Source: an uncultured Planctomycetales bacterium (GTDB lineage: Bacteria; Omnitrophota; Gorgyraeia; Gygaellales; Profunditerraquicolaceae). From it: DNA of 64,000 nt. The notes beneath the pieces are model-generated. The model did no database searches. It was not told the DNA's origin and saw nothing but the letters and a program-made list of their open reading frames with translations. Shown piece by piece: positions 38,060 to 48,109 of this stretch. The stretch is taken from NCBI GenBank assembly GCA_964603585.1, contig CAZRVK010000002.1:243561-307560 (forward strand), in the 5' to 3' direction. Within the stretch, counting starts at the first letter, position 1. The number at the start of each line of letters is the position of its first letter. The position numbers and the translations under genes are program-made.

Positions 38060-38335
38060 ATGACTGACGTATGCAAGTTTAAATTTCGCGAAAAAGTAGG
38101 CAAGAAAATCATTGAGAAAGAGATTGCCCGCGCTATTGAGACTGCTGAATACGCCTTTGGCCAGGCCAAGGTAAGACTTCATGCAGCATATCTGGCTACC
38201 CACGACAAAGTGGTCATTGATGCCTCGAGCGAAGTCGGCGAATATATCGCCCAGATATTTATTGGGATAATGACCCGCAAGCTCGGCGAGGATAAATTCA
38301 CTGTGGAAAGGATAAAAAGGAGCGAAGAGCTATGA
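38060..38335 (+). CDS. hypothetical phage protein
   Basis: GGAGGCAGGAAAG RBS then ATG; no recognised domain. Confidence 0.4.
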   Translation: MTDVCKFKFREKVGKKIIEKEIARAIETAEYAFGQAKVRLHAAYLATHDKVVIDASSEVGEYIAQIFIGIMTRKLGEDKFTVERIKRSEEL

Positions 38336-38448
38336 AAGTTACAAAAGGCTTAAAGAAAGTTTACAAAGGGCTTAGCTGGTATAACCGGCAGAAGCTTATT
38401 GAAGCAAACCGTCCTTGCGGGAAAAAGAAAAGAAAGCCCAAAAAGTAA
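38332..38448 (+). CDS. small basic hypothetical protein (38 aa)
   Basis: MKVTKGLKKVYKGLSWYNRQKLIEANRPCGKKKRKPKK; ATG overlaps upstream stop (ATGA coupling); below ORF-track size cutoff. Confidence 0.25.
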   Translation: MKVTKGLKKVYKGLSWYNRQKLIEANRPCGKKKRKPKK

Positions 38449-38463
38449 TAAGCAGGTTTTTCC

Positions 38464-38907
38464 ATGGGCAATGAAAAGATTGATATCAGGGATCTGCGTG
38501 ATGGCAAATTCCTTTGGATAGATAAGGCAGCATTAAGGCTTATCAGCGAAAGCGCTGGTACGATGGGTGTCGCTGTTTATTCCTGGCTTTGTTATTACGC
38601 TAATTTTAAGGCACAGGACTGCTTTCCGTCTATTACTACACTTGCGTATCATTGCGGAGTATCCCGACGCACAATTATGCGCGCTATTAAACAGCTTGAG
38701 CAGTTGAGATCTATTTCTATTGAAAGAAAGAAGGGCAAGCCGAATATTTATAAGCTGCTTAACATGCCCGGGCCGAGAAGTTATCCACAGCCAAGTAGTG
38801 ACACTGATGTCACCGGTGACAGGGCTGTCACTGGAGTGGTGACACCTGTGTCACTAGAAGTAGTGACGCCCTTGTCACCCGAACAAGAGATATTAAACAA
38901 GAGATAA
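38464..38907 (+). CDS. HTH_36-type replication-initiator-like protein
   Basis: Winged HTH (SITTLAYHCGVSRRTIMRAIKQLEQL) resembling DnaD/phage replisome-organiser N-termini; 3' end encodes the VTGDRAVTGVVTPVSLEVVTP iteron array. Confidence 0.5.
   Translation: MGNEKIDIRDLRDGKFLWIDKAALRLISESAGTMGVAVYSWLCYYANFKAQDCFPSITTLAYHCGVSRRTIMRAIKQLEQLRSISIERKKGKPNIYKLLNMPGPRSYPQPSSDTDVTGDRAVTGVVTPVSLEVVTPLSPEQEILNKR
38798..38878. repeat. iteron array: four 16-bp palindromes GTGACA-N4-TGTCAC (candidate phage replication origin)
   Basis: gtgacaCTGAtgtcac (38798-38813), gtgacaGGGCtgtcac (38816-38831), gtgacaCCTGtgtcac (38839-38854), gtgacgCCCTtgtcac (38863-38878). Followed by a GC-rich block (about 38985-39030) and an AT-rich block (about 39060-39165). 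Confidence 0.6.
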
Positions 38908-39171
38908 CTAACAAAAGATAGTAGTAAAGGCTGTGAATTTTGTGAATAACTGTGATTAGTTCTTAAAAGAAAGTCATGGGTCCTTCCATGGGCGGTTTGG
39001 GCGCGGGTCGGGCGAGGCGCGGGGAGGGAGTGATACAAATTTGAAAAAGGGATGTCGTGGTCATTTTAGGGTATTTTTGGGGAGTTTTGGCAGAGGAAGT
39101 TTAGCAAACGATAAGTAATTTAACTTATTACAGATTATTAAGTTATAACAAAAAACGAAAGGAGTTTTTGC

Positions 39172-40512
39172 ATGCCGAAGATTAACGTAAAACCGGACAT
39201 CCGCGACATCGCCATGTCCGAGATAAAGCCTGCGCCTTATAACCCAAGAGAGATTTCTGAGCAGGCGCTGATGGGCCTAAGGCACTCTCTGGAAAAGTTC
39301 GGGCTGGTGGATTTATTAGTGGTCAATAAGCGCACGATGCATATCATTTCAGGACATCAGCGCTATAAGGTCCTGCAGGCTGACGGCGCAAAGACTGTAA
39401 CTGCGATTATGGTTGACTTAGATGAGGCTTCGGAAATGGCCATGAATGTGACTCTAAACTCCCAGCAGATAGTAGGAGCCTGGACAGCTGCCCTAATTCC
39501 TATTTTAGAAAAGCTGCGCAAGGATATGCCGGAGGATTATTTGTCTTTAAGGCTTAAGGAGCTGCGGGAAGAGGTTTCTAAACTTGAGATGGAAAGCTTA
39601 GGAGCTGGCAAAACCCTGCCGGATGATCTGCCTGAACCGCCTCCTGAAACAATTACTAAAAAAGGCGACCTTTGGATCTTGGGCGAGCATAGGCTTTTGT
39701 GCGGAGATTCAACCAAGGAAGAGGATGTTTCAAGATTAATGGACGGTAAAACTGCCAAGCTCTTTGCGACTGATCCGCCGTATCTAGTGGACTACACCGG
39801 AACCGGCAGGCCGAAAGGCGACCACGGCCAAGGAGGCAAAGACTGGTCCGGGGTTTATCATGAGATTGACATTGAGGATGCAGAAAGCTTTTTAAGGGAT
39901 TTCCTAACCCGCGGCTTAAAGGTCATTGAAGCCAACACGCCGATTTATCTTTGGCACGCTTCAGCACGTATAGTTCTAATCAGAAAAATCTGCGACGAAT
40001 TAAATATCCTGGTGCATCAGCAGGTGATCTGGGTCAAGCCCTGCGCAGTCCTATCTTTTGCCTATTATCCCTGGAGGCATGAGCCGTGTTTACTATGCTG
40101 GCAGAAAGGCCATAAGCCGAATTACCGGCCTCTTGATAAGGCAATAGGCACGGTCTGGACAATAGATTTCCTAAGAACAGGAGATCCTTCAAATCCCGAA
40201 TACCACTCGGATGTCTGGGAGCTGGACTGGGAAGGCAAAAAAAGAAACACCGGGCTTTATCATCCCACAGTCAAGCCTACTGAAGTTTTTGCTATCCCAA
40301 TGCGCGTGCATACTTCAGTGGGTGATATTTGCTTTGAGCCATTTTCAGGATCAGGTTCTCAAATTATCGCAGCTGAACGCTTAAACCGTAGGTGCTTTGC
40401 TATGGAGATTGAGCCGGTGTTTGTTGACGTAGCCATACAAAGATGGACAGATTTTAGCGGCAAGGAAGCGGTCCGGGAAAGCGACGGTAAAACTTGGAGC
40501 GAACTTAAATGA
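39172..40512 (+). CDS. ParB-like nuclease domain / DNA methyltransferase fusion (beta-class N6A/N4C MTase)
   Basis: N-terminal ParBc motif (IISGHQRYKV); MTase motif IV DPPY (KLFATDPPYLVDY) precedes motif I (CFEPFSGSGSQ). Confidence 0.75.
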   Translation: MPKINVKPDIRDIAMSEIKPAPYNPREISEQALMGLRHSLEKFGLVDLLVVNKRTMHIISGHQRYKVLQADGAKTVTAIMVDLDEASEMAMNVTLNSQQIVGAWTAALIPILEKLRKDMPEDYLSLRLKELREEVSKLEMESLGAGKTLPDDLPEPPPETITKKGDLWILGEHRLLCGDSTKEEDVSRLMDGKTAKLFATDPPYLVDYTGTGRPKGDHGQGGKDWSGVYHEIDIEDAESFLRDFLTRGLKVIEANTPIYLWHASARIVLIRKICDELNILVHQQVIWVKPCAVLSFAYYPWRHEPCLLCWQKGHKPNYRPLDKAIGTVWTIDFLRTGDPSNPEYHSDVWELDWEGKKRNTGLYHPTVKPTEVFAIPMRVHTSVGDICFEPFSGSGSQIIAAERLNRRCFAMEIEPVFVDVAIQRWTDFSGKEAVRESDGKTWSELK

Positions 40513-41123
40513 CCGAACAAAGCCAGAACTTAGCCGAGCTTGCCCGCAAGAAACGCCACCTGCATTTGATTGAGAAGATTCAGGCAGGCAAGGCCTTAAC
40601 CAAGCAGGAGATTAGCGAGCTTGAGCAGTTTGAGGCAGAGCCTCTTCCGGCTACCATTGTTAAAACAATTGAAGAGGTAGCTAAGGTTATGGGCGTTACC
40701 TACCGAACTGTGCAGCGCTGGAAATTAGACGGCATGCCATCAACCAAGGAAGGTTTTTATGATCTTGAAGAAGTTAAAAGCTGGCATGTGCAAAAAAGCC
40801 AGCGTTTTAAGGAGCAGGACGGCCGGGCCTACTGGGATGAGAAGATCAGCCAGTATAAGGCAGAGCTTTTAAGGCTGGAAGTTAAAAAGGCAACCAGCGA
40901 AGTCATTCCTTACCGCGAGCATGTGGAAGTCGTGAGAGAGCAGGTAAGAGGAATTAAGATGGGTTTTTTAAGGCTTCCGCGCTACATCGCGCCAAAGTTA
41001 TACCAGCAGGAGCCCAAGGTTATCTGCGAAATCTTAGACAATGAAATCAGGTCTATCATTAATCAATTTGCCGGAGCTTACAATGCCGATAAGATTGACA
41101 AAGGAAAATCTAAAGACCATTAA
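40509..41123 (+). CDS. putative terminase small subunit (HTH)
   Basis: HTH (VAKVMGVTYRTVQRWKLDGMP); immediately upstream of and overlapping the terminase large subunit. Confidence 0.5.
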   Translation: MTEQSQNLAELARKKRHLHLIEKIQAGKALTKQEISELEQFEAEPLPATIVKTIEEVAKVMGVTYRTVQRWKLDGMPSTKEGFYDLEEVKSWHVQKSQRFKEQDGRAYWDEKISQYKAELLRLEVKKATSEVIPYREHVEVVREQVRGIKMGFLRLPRYIAPKLYQQEPKVICEILDNEIRSIINQFAGAYNADKIDKGKSKDH

Positions 41124-42936
41124 GCCCTACGCAGCTACAGAGTGGGCTTTGCCGGATAAGATAACTGTGAGCACCTGGGCAGACAGGTTCAGGCGCCTGG
41201 ATCCCAAGACTTCAGCTGAACCCGGGCAGTGGTCAACAAACAGAACGCCGTATCTAAAGGGGATTATGGATGCCTTTACGGATCCGCTGGTGGATGAAAT
41301 AACGGTCATGTCTGCTTCACAAGTGGGCAAAACCGAGGCAATTCTTAATATGCTGGGTTATATCATTGACCAGGACCCGGGGCCGACACTGATGGTCCTG
41401 CCAAGGGCAGATGATGCCAAGAGTGTATCCTCAAACCGCATAAAACCTATGATTGAAGCTTCTCCTGCGCTTTCCAGATATATCCCGCAAAATGCGGATG
41501 AGATTACCAAGCTTGAATACCACTTTGACCGGATGATTCTTTATTTTGCCGGATCCAACTCGCCGGCTGATTTAGCATCACGGCCTATCCGGTATTTATT
41601 CATGGATGAGGTGGATAAATATCCTAAGTTTTCAGGCAGGGAAGCAGATCCGATAAAGCTTGCTTCCGAGCGCCAAAAGACCTTCTGGAATAAAAAGACA
41701 GTCAAGGTCTCAACACCGACAACCCGCGAAGGTTATATTTCCCGCGAATACGAGAAATCAGACCAAAGGAGATTTTTTGTGCCCTGCCCGCACTGCGGAA
41801 AAATGCAGATTTTAGTCTTCGGCCAGATCCGCTGGCCCGCAGGAGAATCATCTCCTGAAAAAATCAAGAATGACCGGCTTGCCTGGTATGAATGCCTGCA
41901 TTGCAAGCAGCACATTGAAGATTCCCAGAAGCCTAAGATGATGCTGGGAGGGGAGTGGGTGCCTGACAGGAAAGAGCCGAATAAGAACCGAGGTTTTTGC
42001 ATCAGTTCTCTATACTCGCCTTGGCTTACCTGGAGCGATATCGCTTCAGAGTTCTTAAAGTCAAAGGATTACATTGAGCTTTTGATGAACTTTGTTAATT
42101 CCTGGCTGGCGCAGGTCTGGGAGGAAAAAATTGAGGAAACCACAGTTGATAAGGTGAGGAATCTTGCCCGGGATTATGACGAAGGGTTTGTGCCGGATGA
42201 GGTTTTGGTTTTAACTGCCGGAGTGGATGTGCAAAAGGATCACTTCAATTTTGTTATCCGCGGCTGGGGTTATTACGAAGAGTCCTGGCTTATCCGCGCA
42301 GCAGAAGTTGAATATTGGGAAGATATAATTGATGTCCTCTTCAAAACCGAATATAAACGCTTAACCTCGGCAGAAACCCTTCCGGTTTATATGTCCTGCA
42401 TAGACTCAGGATTTAAGACTGATGAAGTGTACCGCTTTTGCCGGCAGTGGCAGGATAAAACAAAGGCAATCAAAGGTGTTGAGGAGATAACCGGAGGCAG
42501 GTTTTACCGGGCAAATAAAATTGACATTAATTCCCGCACAGGCGCGGTTATCCCGCAAGGCTTAGTCCTTTGGCATTTAAATGTTTCGCAGTATAAAGAC
42601 AAAATCAACCGGTTGATTCATTCCAAGGATCCGGTCAAATGGCATATCTTTAAGAACCCAAGCGATGACTACCTGAATCAATTTGCCTCAGAGCATAAAG
42701 TCCTGCACAGAAACCGCACCACAGGAAAAGCAAAAGAAGTCTGGGAGAAGAAAAAAGAAGCAGCAGCGAATCATTTCCTGGATGCGGAGGTTTATGCCCT
42801 GGCAGCAGCGGATATCATCCGCGCCTTAAATATGCGCAAAGACGAAACAGCTGCGAAAGTTTATCAGCCTAAGGCCGAACCTTTTCTGCATTCAAGAGCG
42901 GGCTGGCTGCGGAAAAGGGAAAGGTCCTGGCTGTAA
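41084..42936 (+). CDS. terminase large subunit, lambda gpA family
   Basis: VMSASQVGKTE Walker A, RYLFMDEVDKYP Walker B, CPHCG...CLHCKQH zinc motif. Confidence 0.85.
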
Positions 42937-43184
42937 TGGGAAGATGGCTGGAGAGAAGACCAAATTGGCTGAACAATGAATACAATTCAGAAAACATTAC
43001 GCTTAACAAAAAAGGAGCAGGCCGGCCCGAGAACACGGGAAGCGACTATGCGGTTAAGTTTATTCCGCTTCGCTGCCCCAGGTGCGGGTCAAAGAAAATC
43101 CGCTGGTATGTGAGCAATCCGCCGGTGCGCTACCACCGCTGCAAAATGTGCGGGCATAATTTTAAGTCTATTGAAGAGGAATGA
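42936..43184 (+). CDS. zinc-ribbon hypothetical protein
   Basis: CPRCGSKK...CKMCGHNF four-Cys ribbon. Confidence 0.4.
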   Translation: MGRWLERRPNWLNNEYNSENITLNKKGAGRPENTGSDYAVKFIPLRCPRCGSKKIRWYVSNPPVRYHRCKMCGHNFKSIEEE

Positions 43185-43223
43185 GTGAAAAATAATTATT
43201 ACTATAACAGCATAACGACCCTA

Positions 43224-43252
43224 TTGCCAAAAATCTAATTCTTTTATAGTAT
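43224..43252 (+). promoter_or_regulatory. promoter-like element TTGCCA-N15/17-TATAGT
   Basis: Hexamers at 43224-43229 and 43245-43250. Confidence 0.3.
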
Positions 43253-43316
43253 TGGGTTAGAAAATAACAGCGGGAGCAGCTGATCACTGTTTTCTCGCGC
43301 CCAATAGCAGCAAAAA

Positions 43317-43352
43317 CCCGATTCCGATGCATCGGTTGGAATCGGGTTTTTT
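43317..43352 (+). terminator. rho-independent terminator-like hairpin
   Basis: CCCGATTCC-GATGCATCGGTT-GGAATCGGG (9-bp stem, with an inner palindrome CCGATGCATCGG also pairing) followed by TTTTTT. Confidence 0.6.
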
Positions 43353-43377
43353 ATTGGGATAGCCGAAAGGGGATTTT

Positions 43378-43587
43378 ATGAGCGCGCCTACAAAACAGGA
43401 GATGCTTGATACTATCGAGACTGCTATCAACGGATTATCTTCAGGCGTGAAGTCATACACCATAGGCGCCAGGACTGTGACATACCGCGATATCGCAGAG
43501 CTCAGGCAAATGCGCGAGCAGCTTAAAAAAGAATTGTCGCCGCATACTGACAGAACGACATTTGCTAAATTCGGGAATCCGTTATGA
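43378..43587 (+). CDS. head-tail joining protein, gpW-like
   Basis: 69 aa at the lambda W position between terminase and portal. Confidence 0.5.
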   Translation: MSAPTKQEMLDTIETAINGLSSGVKSYTIGARTVTYRDIAELRQMREQLKKELSPHTDRTTFAKFGNPL

Positions 43588-45191
43588 AGAATAATTTAGC
43601 GGAAAAAATAGCCGATGGTTTAGACGGCATTATTTCGTTCTTTTCTCCTAGACGAGGCTTTAGGCGCAGGATCTACCGCCAGGCGATAAAGATTTCGCAG
43701 AGCTTTACTGCGTATAAGGGCGCATCGCGCGATAGATTACGCTCATCCTGGCTGCCGGGAGGCGGTTCTGCTGATGAAAACATCCTGCCGGAGTTAAAGG
43801 ACATCCGCGAGCGCAGCCGGGATTTAAACCGCAACGACGCGCATGCCTCAGGCATTACCGGTACCATGACCTGCAATGTGGTTGGCTCAGGTATCCGTCC
43901 GCAGTCCAGGATTGACCGGGATGTCCTGGGTATCACCGAAGAACAGGCAAATACTTTTCAAAAAGACGCAGAGCGGGCATGGAAACAGTGGCTGCCTTCT
44001 GCAGATATAGGCAACCGCATGGACTTTTATGAGATCCAGCAGCTCATTGACCGCCAGATCTTAGAAAACGGCGAAGCAATCATCATTCCGAGAATGATTA
44101 AAGAAAGGCTGCCTTACGGACTCTGTCTGCAAGTAGTTGAGTCTGACCGTTTGGATACGCCGTCGGACAAGCGCGGGGATAAATCAATAAGGTCAGGCGT
44201 AAGAATAGGAGAAAACGGCGAGCCGGTTTCCTACTTTATTCAAAAGACGCATCCAGGAGATATTCGCTATGCTGAAAACAAAGAAAAGAAATTTATTGAA
44301 ATACCGGCAGTTAACGATTACGGCCGGCCGGGCATATTCCATCTCTATTTTGTGCAGCGCTCAGGCCAGACAAGGGGAGTGCCGTTTTTTGCTCCGGTTT
44401 TAAATTACTTTAAGGACCTTTCCGAATACGCAGAAGCAGAGCTGGTGGCAGCGCGTATTGCTGCCTGTTTTGCGCTCTTTATAACTAGCGAGGCCTCAAT
44501 GGATGTTTCAGCAAACGGAGGATATGAACGCAATCCTGCAGGGCAGCTGATTGAGAGCTTAGAGCCGGGAATGATTAAGCATCTTCTGCCCGGGGAAGAT
44601 ATCACTACCTTTAATCCGCAAAGGCCGGGAGCAACCTTTGAGCCGTTTGTGGAGAGGATCTTAAAGGCAATATCCGCGGCATTAGGCCTGCCGTATGAGC
44701 TGGTGGCCAAGGATTTTTCAAAGACGAATTATTCCAGCGCCCGGGCAGCGCTTTTAGAGGCACGGCGGTATTTTAAGATGCGCCAGGAGTGGCTTTCAAA
44801 TAAACTCTGCCAGCCGGTCTGGGAGATGCTTTTAGAAGAGGCTTATTTAAAGCGGGAGCTGAAGGCAGAAACATTCTTAGAGGCCAAGCGCTACTGGACA
44901 ACTGCTTCCTGGCTTGCTCCCGGCTGGGAGTGGGTGGATCCGCTGAAAGAGGCTCAAGCAGTTGAAATAGGCTTACGAACTGGCACTTTAACTTATGCGG
45001 ACATCTTCGCAGACAAGGGCAAAGACTGGGAAGAGGAATTTGAGCAGGCCAAGCGCGAGAAAACAAAACTAAAAGAACTAGGGCTTGAGGTGAGCTATGG
45101 AGCAGGCGCAAAACCAGGGCAGGAACCAGCCGGAGAAGAAACGCCGCAGGATCAGGCTGCAGGTAAAACAGCAGATGTCAATGCCGGTTGA
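43584..45191 (+). CDS. portal protein, lambda gpB family
   Basis: 535 aa at the gpB position and size, downstream of gpA-like terminase. Confidence 0.75.
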   Translation: MKNNLAEKIADGLDGIISFFSPRRGFRRRIYRQAIKISQSFTAYKGASRDRLRSSWLPGGGSADENILPELKDIRERSRDLNRNDAHASGITGTMTCNVVGSGIRPQSRIDRDVLGITEEQANTFQKDAERAWKQWLPSADIGNRMDFYEIQQLIDRQILENGEAIIIPRMIKERLPYGLCLQVVESDRLDTPSDKRGDKSIRSGVRIGENGEPVSYFIQKTHPGDIRYAENKEKKFIEIPAVNDYGRPGIFHLYFVQRSGQTRGVPFFAPVLNYFKDLSEYAEAELVAARIAACFALFITSEASMDVSANGGYERNPAGQLIESLEPGMIKHLLPGEDITTFNPQRPGATFEPFVERILKAISAALGLPYELVAKDFSKTNYSSARAALLEARRYFKMRQEWLSNKLCQPVWEMLLEEAYLKRELKAETFLEAKRYWTTASWLAPGWEWVDPLKEAQAVEIGLRTGTLTYADIFADKGKDWEEEFEQAKREKTKLKELGLEVSYGAGAKPGQEPAGEETPQDQAAGKTADVNAG

Positions 45192-45220
45192 GGCAGATAT
45201 TGCTGTAGAAAAGGTGAAAG

Positions 45221-46312
45221 ATGGCAAATAAGGACATTCTTTTTCGCACGGATGTAGTGAGGGCCGGGGGTGTGCGGGTAAGCCGGGCTAACGAAGTTAT
45301 CGAAGGTTTTGCAGTGGTCACCAAAGGTGTCACGCATGACGAAAGGGGGGAATTCGATGATCAGGCATTAGACAAAATCGTTGAATTGGGCAGAAAGGCG
45401 AAACTTGGGATTAAGTCAAGGTTCGGGCATCCGAATATGTCAAATACTGCTCTCGGCACATTTTTAGGGAGGGTTAAGAATTTTAGGCGGGAGGCAGATA
45501 TAGTGCGGGCGGATCTGCACATTGACCCTACTGCGCACCAGACGCCTGACGGCGATTTAGCCAGTTATGTTATGGATCTTGCGCAAAGCGACCCGGCGGC
45601 ATTCGGCTCATCTATGGTTATTCATTGGGATGAGGAGTACCGGCAGGAAAAAGACGGCTCATTAACCAAAGATGAAAAAGGCAATGTCTTACCGCCTCTT
45701 ATCCGGGTGAAGAAGCTGCAGTCAGTGGATATTGTTGATGACCCTGCAGCAAACAACGGGCTTTTCGGAGAAACGTTCTTTTCGGAAAGCGTTAAGCCGT
45801 CTGCTGAGATGACGGCTTTTTTGGATAGATTCTTGAATCAGCCGGAAGCTGTTGAGAAGGTGATCGCCTTTTTGGAGCGATACAGCTTTAACAAAAAAAC
45901 AGAAAGGGAGGATAGAACAATGTTTGAAGATCTGACATTGGAGAAACTAAAAGCAGAAAGAAGCGACCTTTACAACTCTGTTCACGCGCTCGGGGTTGAA
46001 GAGGGAACGAAGAAGGAGCGCGAGAGGGCAGTATTGATCCTGAAAAAATCCAAAGCCTTCAAGGATATGGCGGATCTGGCAGTTGAATCAATAGAGACCG
46101 GCGCATCTTTTGATCAGGCAGTGATTAAGTTTCAGGACAAGCAGCTGGAGGGACTGCAGAAAGCTTCAGCTCCAGGAGTCGGGCCGGATAAGGATGAGGA
46201 TCCGGCAAAGAAACAAAAGACGCACTTAGAGCGCGCCAGGGCTTATAAGCAGGAGCACAACTGCTCTATGACCGAGGCACTAAGAGCAACAGCAGAAAAA
46301 AAGCAGCAATAA
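45221..46312 (+). CDS. head maturation protease/scaffold protein (gpC/Nu3-like)
   Basis: Position between portal and decoration/capsid genes; coiled-coil acidic C-terminus. Confidence 0.45.
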   Translation: MANKDILFRTDVVRAGGVRVSRANEVIEGFAVVTKGVTHDERGEFDDQALDKIVELGRKAKLGIKSRFGHPNMSNTALGTFLGRVKNFRREADIVRADLHIDPTAHQTPDGDLASYVMDLAQSDPAAFGSSMVIHWDEEYRQEKDGSLTKDEKGNVLPPLIRVKKLQSVDIVDDPAANNGLFGETFFSESVKPSAEMTAFLDRFLNQPEAVEKVIAFLERYSFNKKTEREDRTMFEDLTLEKLKAERSDLYNSVHALGVEEGTKKERERAVLILKKSKAFKDMADLAVESIETGASFDQAVIKFQDKQLEGLQKASAPGVGPDKDEDPAKKQKTHLERARAYKQEHNCSMTEALRATAEKKQQ

Positions 46313-46333
46313 ACTTACGAGAGGAGGACGAAA

Positions 46334-46687
46334 ATGTCACAGTTTAATATCGGCTCAAAGGCATTTACCGCAGGAGAGGATTTAGAGGCTTACCGCAGGG
46401 TAAAGCTTGCAGCAGGAAGCGGAACGCAGGTCGTTTACGCGGATGCAGGCGAGGCCTTTATCGGCTTTACCGCTGCCAAGGCAGTTGCAGGCGAGATGGT
46501 CAGCGTAGATTTAAAGTTTACCGGCAGGACCTTTAAGGTTACAGCAGCCGGCGCAATCGCTGTAGGCGGGAGTTTCTACGGCGCAGCTGACGGAAAAGTT
46601 TCAGCCACAGTCAGCGGCTCGATTCAGGGAACGGTCCTTGAGCAGGCAGCTTCAGACGGGGAAATCATCGAAGGGTTGTTAGTGTAA
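46334..46687 (+). CDS. head decoration protein (gpD-like / DUF2190-like)
   Basis: 117 aa Gly/Ala-rich beta protein immediately upstream of the major capsid gene. Confidence 0.5.
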   Translation: MSQFNIGSKAFTAGEDLEAYRRVKLAAGSGTQVVYADAGEAFIGFTAAKAVAGEMVSVDLKFTGRTFKVTAAGAIAVGGSFYGAADGKVSATVSGSIQGTVLEQAASDGEIIEGLLV

Positions 46688-46717
46688 TTAACTTTTTCTA
46701 AAAGAGGAGGAAATCAA

Positions 46718-47677
46718 ATGGGAGTTGATTATCAGGGTTCACGAGCAGTGCCAAGGATGGAGTTAGGCGAGGCTGCCCTGGAATTTATCCAGCAGCAGAA
46801 CGAATTTATCGGCACGCAGGTTCTGCCGATATTCTCCACCAAGAAGAAGGCAAGTATCTTTCCGGCCATCACCCGGGAAAGCATTACCAGAGAAGCGGAC
46901 ACAAAGCGCGCGCCAAGAGGCAACTACAACCGGGACGGCTTCTCTGCCAAGGACAGGCAGTATAACTGCGAGGAGTTCGGTTTGGAAGGGCCTTTAGATG
47001 ACGGAGAGAGGGCTCTTTACGCTTCAGACTTCGACGCTGAGCTGACCACAGTTCAGATCGTCACCCGCAGAGTCCTGCAGGCGCAGGAAAGGCGCGTCGC
47101 CGGTATTGCGTTCAACACAACGACCTTTTCCGGAGCAGCGCTTTTTACCGATTATTCAGCTGCGCCCTGGGACAACGCCTCAACTGATGTTGTGGCGCAG
47201 GTTCGGGCAGCCAGGGAAAAGGTGCGCCAGAACAGCGGACTTGAGCCGAACACCCTGGTTATCAGCAAGGCCAACATTGACCGGCTGCTGATGAATACCG
47301 GGATAAAGGACGCGATTAAATATGTGGCGCGTCTTACCGAGGCAGAGATTTTAAACGCCTTGGCAGATATCCTGGGCATCCGCAGGATTATCGTCGGCAG
47401 GGGCATTTACAATTCCGCCAAAGAGGGAAAGCCGTTTGTCTCAGCGGACATCTGGAGCGATGATTTTGCGCTTGTGGCGGTAATCGACGCCTCAGAAAGG
47501 CTCTCTATTCCCAGCGTGGGCAGGACTTTCTTGTGGACTGCGGACAGTCCTGAGAATGCTACGGTTGAACAGTACCGCGATGACGCTGCAAGAAGCGACA
47601 TCTTCCGGGTCAGGCAGCATGTGGATGAGATGATTATTGACCCGTATTTTGCGCATCTATTGAAGGTCGACGCTTAA
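46718..47677 (+). CDS. major capsid protein, lambda gpE family
   Basis: 319 aa at the gpE position; strong AGGAGG RBS. Confidence 0.7.
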   Translation: MGVDYQGSRAVPRMELGEAALEFIQQQNEFIGTQVLPIFSTKKKASIFPAITRESITREADTKRAPRGNYNRDGFSAKDRQYNCEEFGLEGPLDDGERALYASDFDAELTTVQIVTRRVLQAQERRVAGIAFNTTTFSGAALFTDYSAAPWDNASTDVVAQVRAAREKVRQNSGLEPNTLVISKANIDRLLMNTGIKDAIKYVARLTEAEILNALADILGIRRIIVGRGIYNSAKEGKPFVSADIWSDDFALVAVIDASERLSIPSVGRTFLWTADSPENATVEQYRDDAARSDIFRVRQHVDEMIIDPYFAHLLKVDA

Positions 47678-47752
47678 GGTTTAGAACTTTAAGCAAAGCA
47701 AATAATCCGGGAGGCCTTTTTGGGCCTCCCGGAAACAAAAAAAGGAATGACT

Positions 47753-48097
47753 ATGACCTTCAAGAGCCGAATAAAAGAAGATGCCCTTAACTGTTTATTA
47801 AACACAGATGAATTCGCCGAAGAAATAACCTACACTCCCGCAGGAGGCCAAAGCCGGATTATCAAAGCCCTTGTCGACAGGGACCGGAAAACTCCTGACA
47901 GGCAGGACGATTCCCGCACCCTCCAAAATCAGGCAGAGATTTTTGTCTTAAACGACGAGACTCTGGGTATCTCCCAAATCAACGAAATAGACGACAGGAT
48001 TATTTTATCTGACTCTGGAGGTAGCTCTAAAGTTTGCCGTATTGTCGAGGTCTTAGCCAAAGACGACGCTTTATGGCATTTGTTAGCACAGTGGTAA
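47753..48097 (+). CDS. hypothetical head-tail connector protein
   Basis: Position after capsid gene. Confidence 0.35.
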   Translation: MTFKSRIKEDALNCLLNTDEFAEEITYTPAGGQSRIIKALVDRDRKTPDRQDDSRTLQNQAEIFVLNDETLGISQINEIDDRIILSDSGGSSKVCRIVEVLAKDDALWHLLAQW

Positions 48098-48109
48098 AAA
48101 TGAGCGATT

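Noticed and set aside
38781-39038. Minus-strand ORF over the iteron region
   Set aside because: Translation is dictated by the palindromic iterons (VTTPVTALSPVTSV); artefact.
43316-43352. Hairpin as attP/recombination site
   Set aside because: Followed by T6 and located mid-operon. A terminator is the simpler reading.
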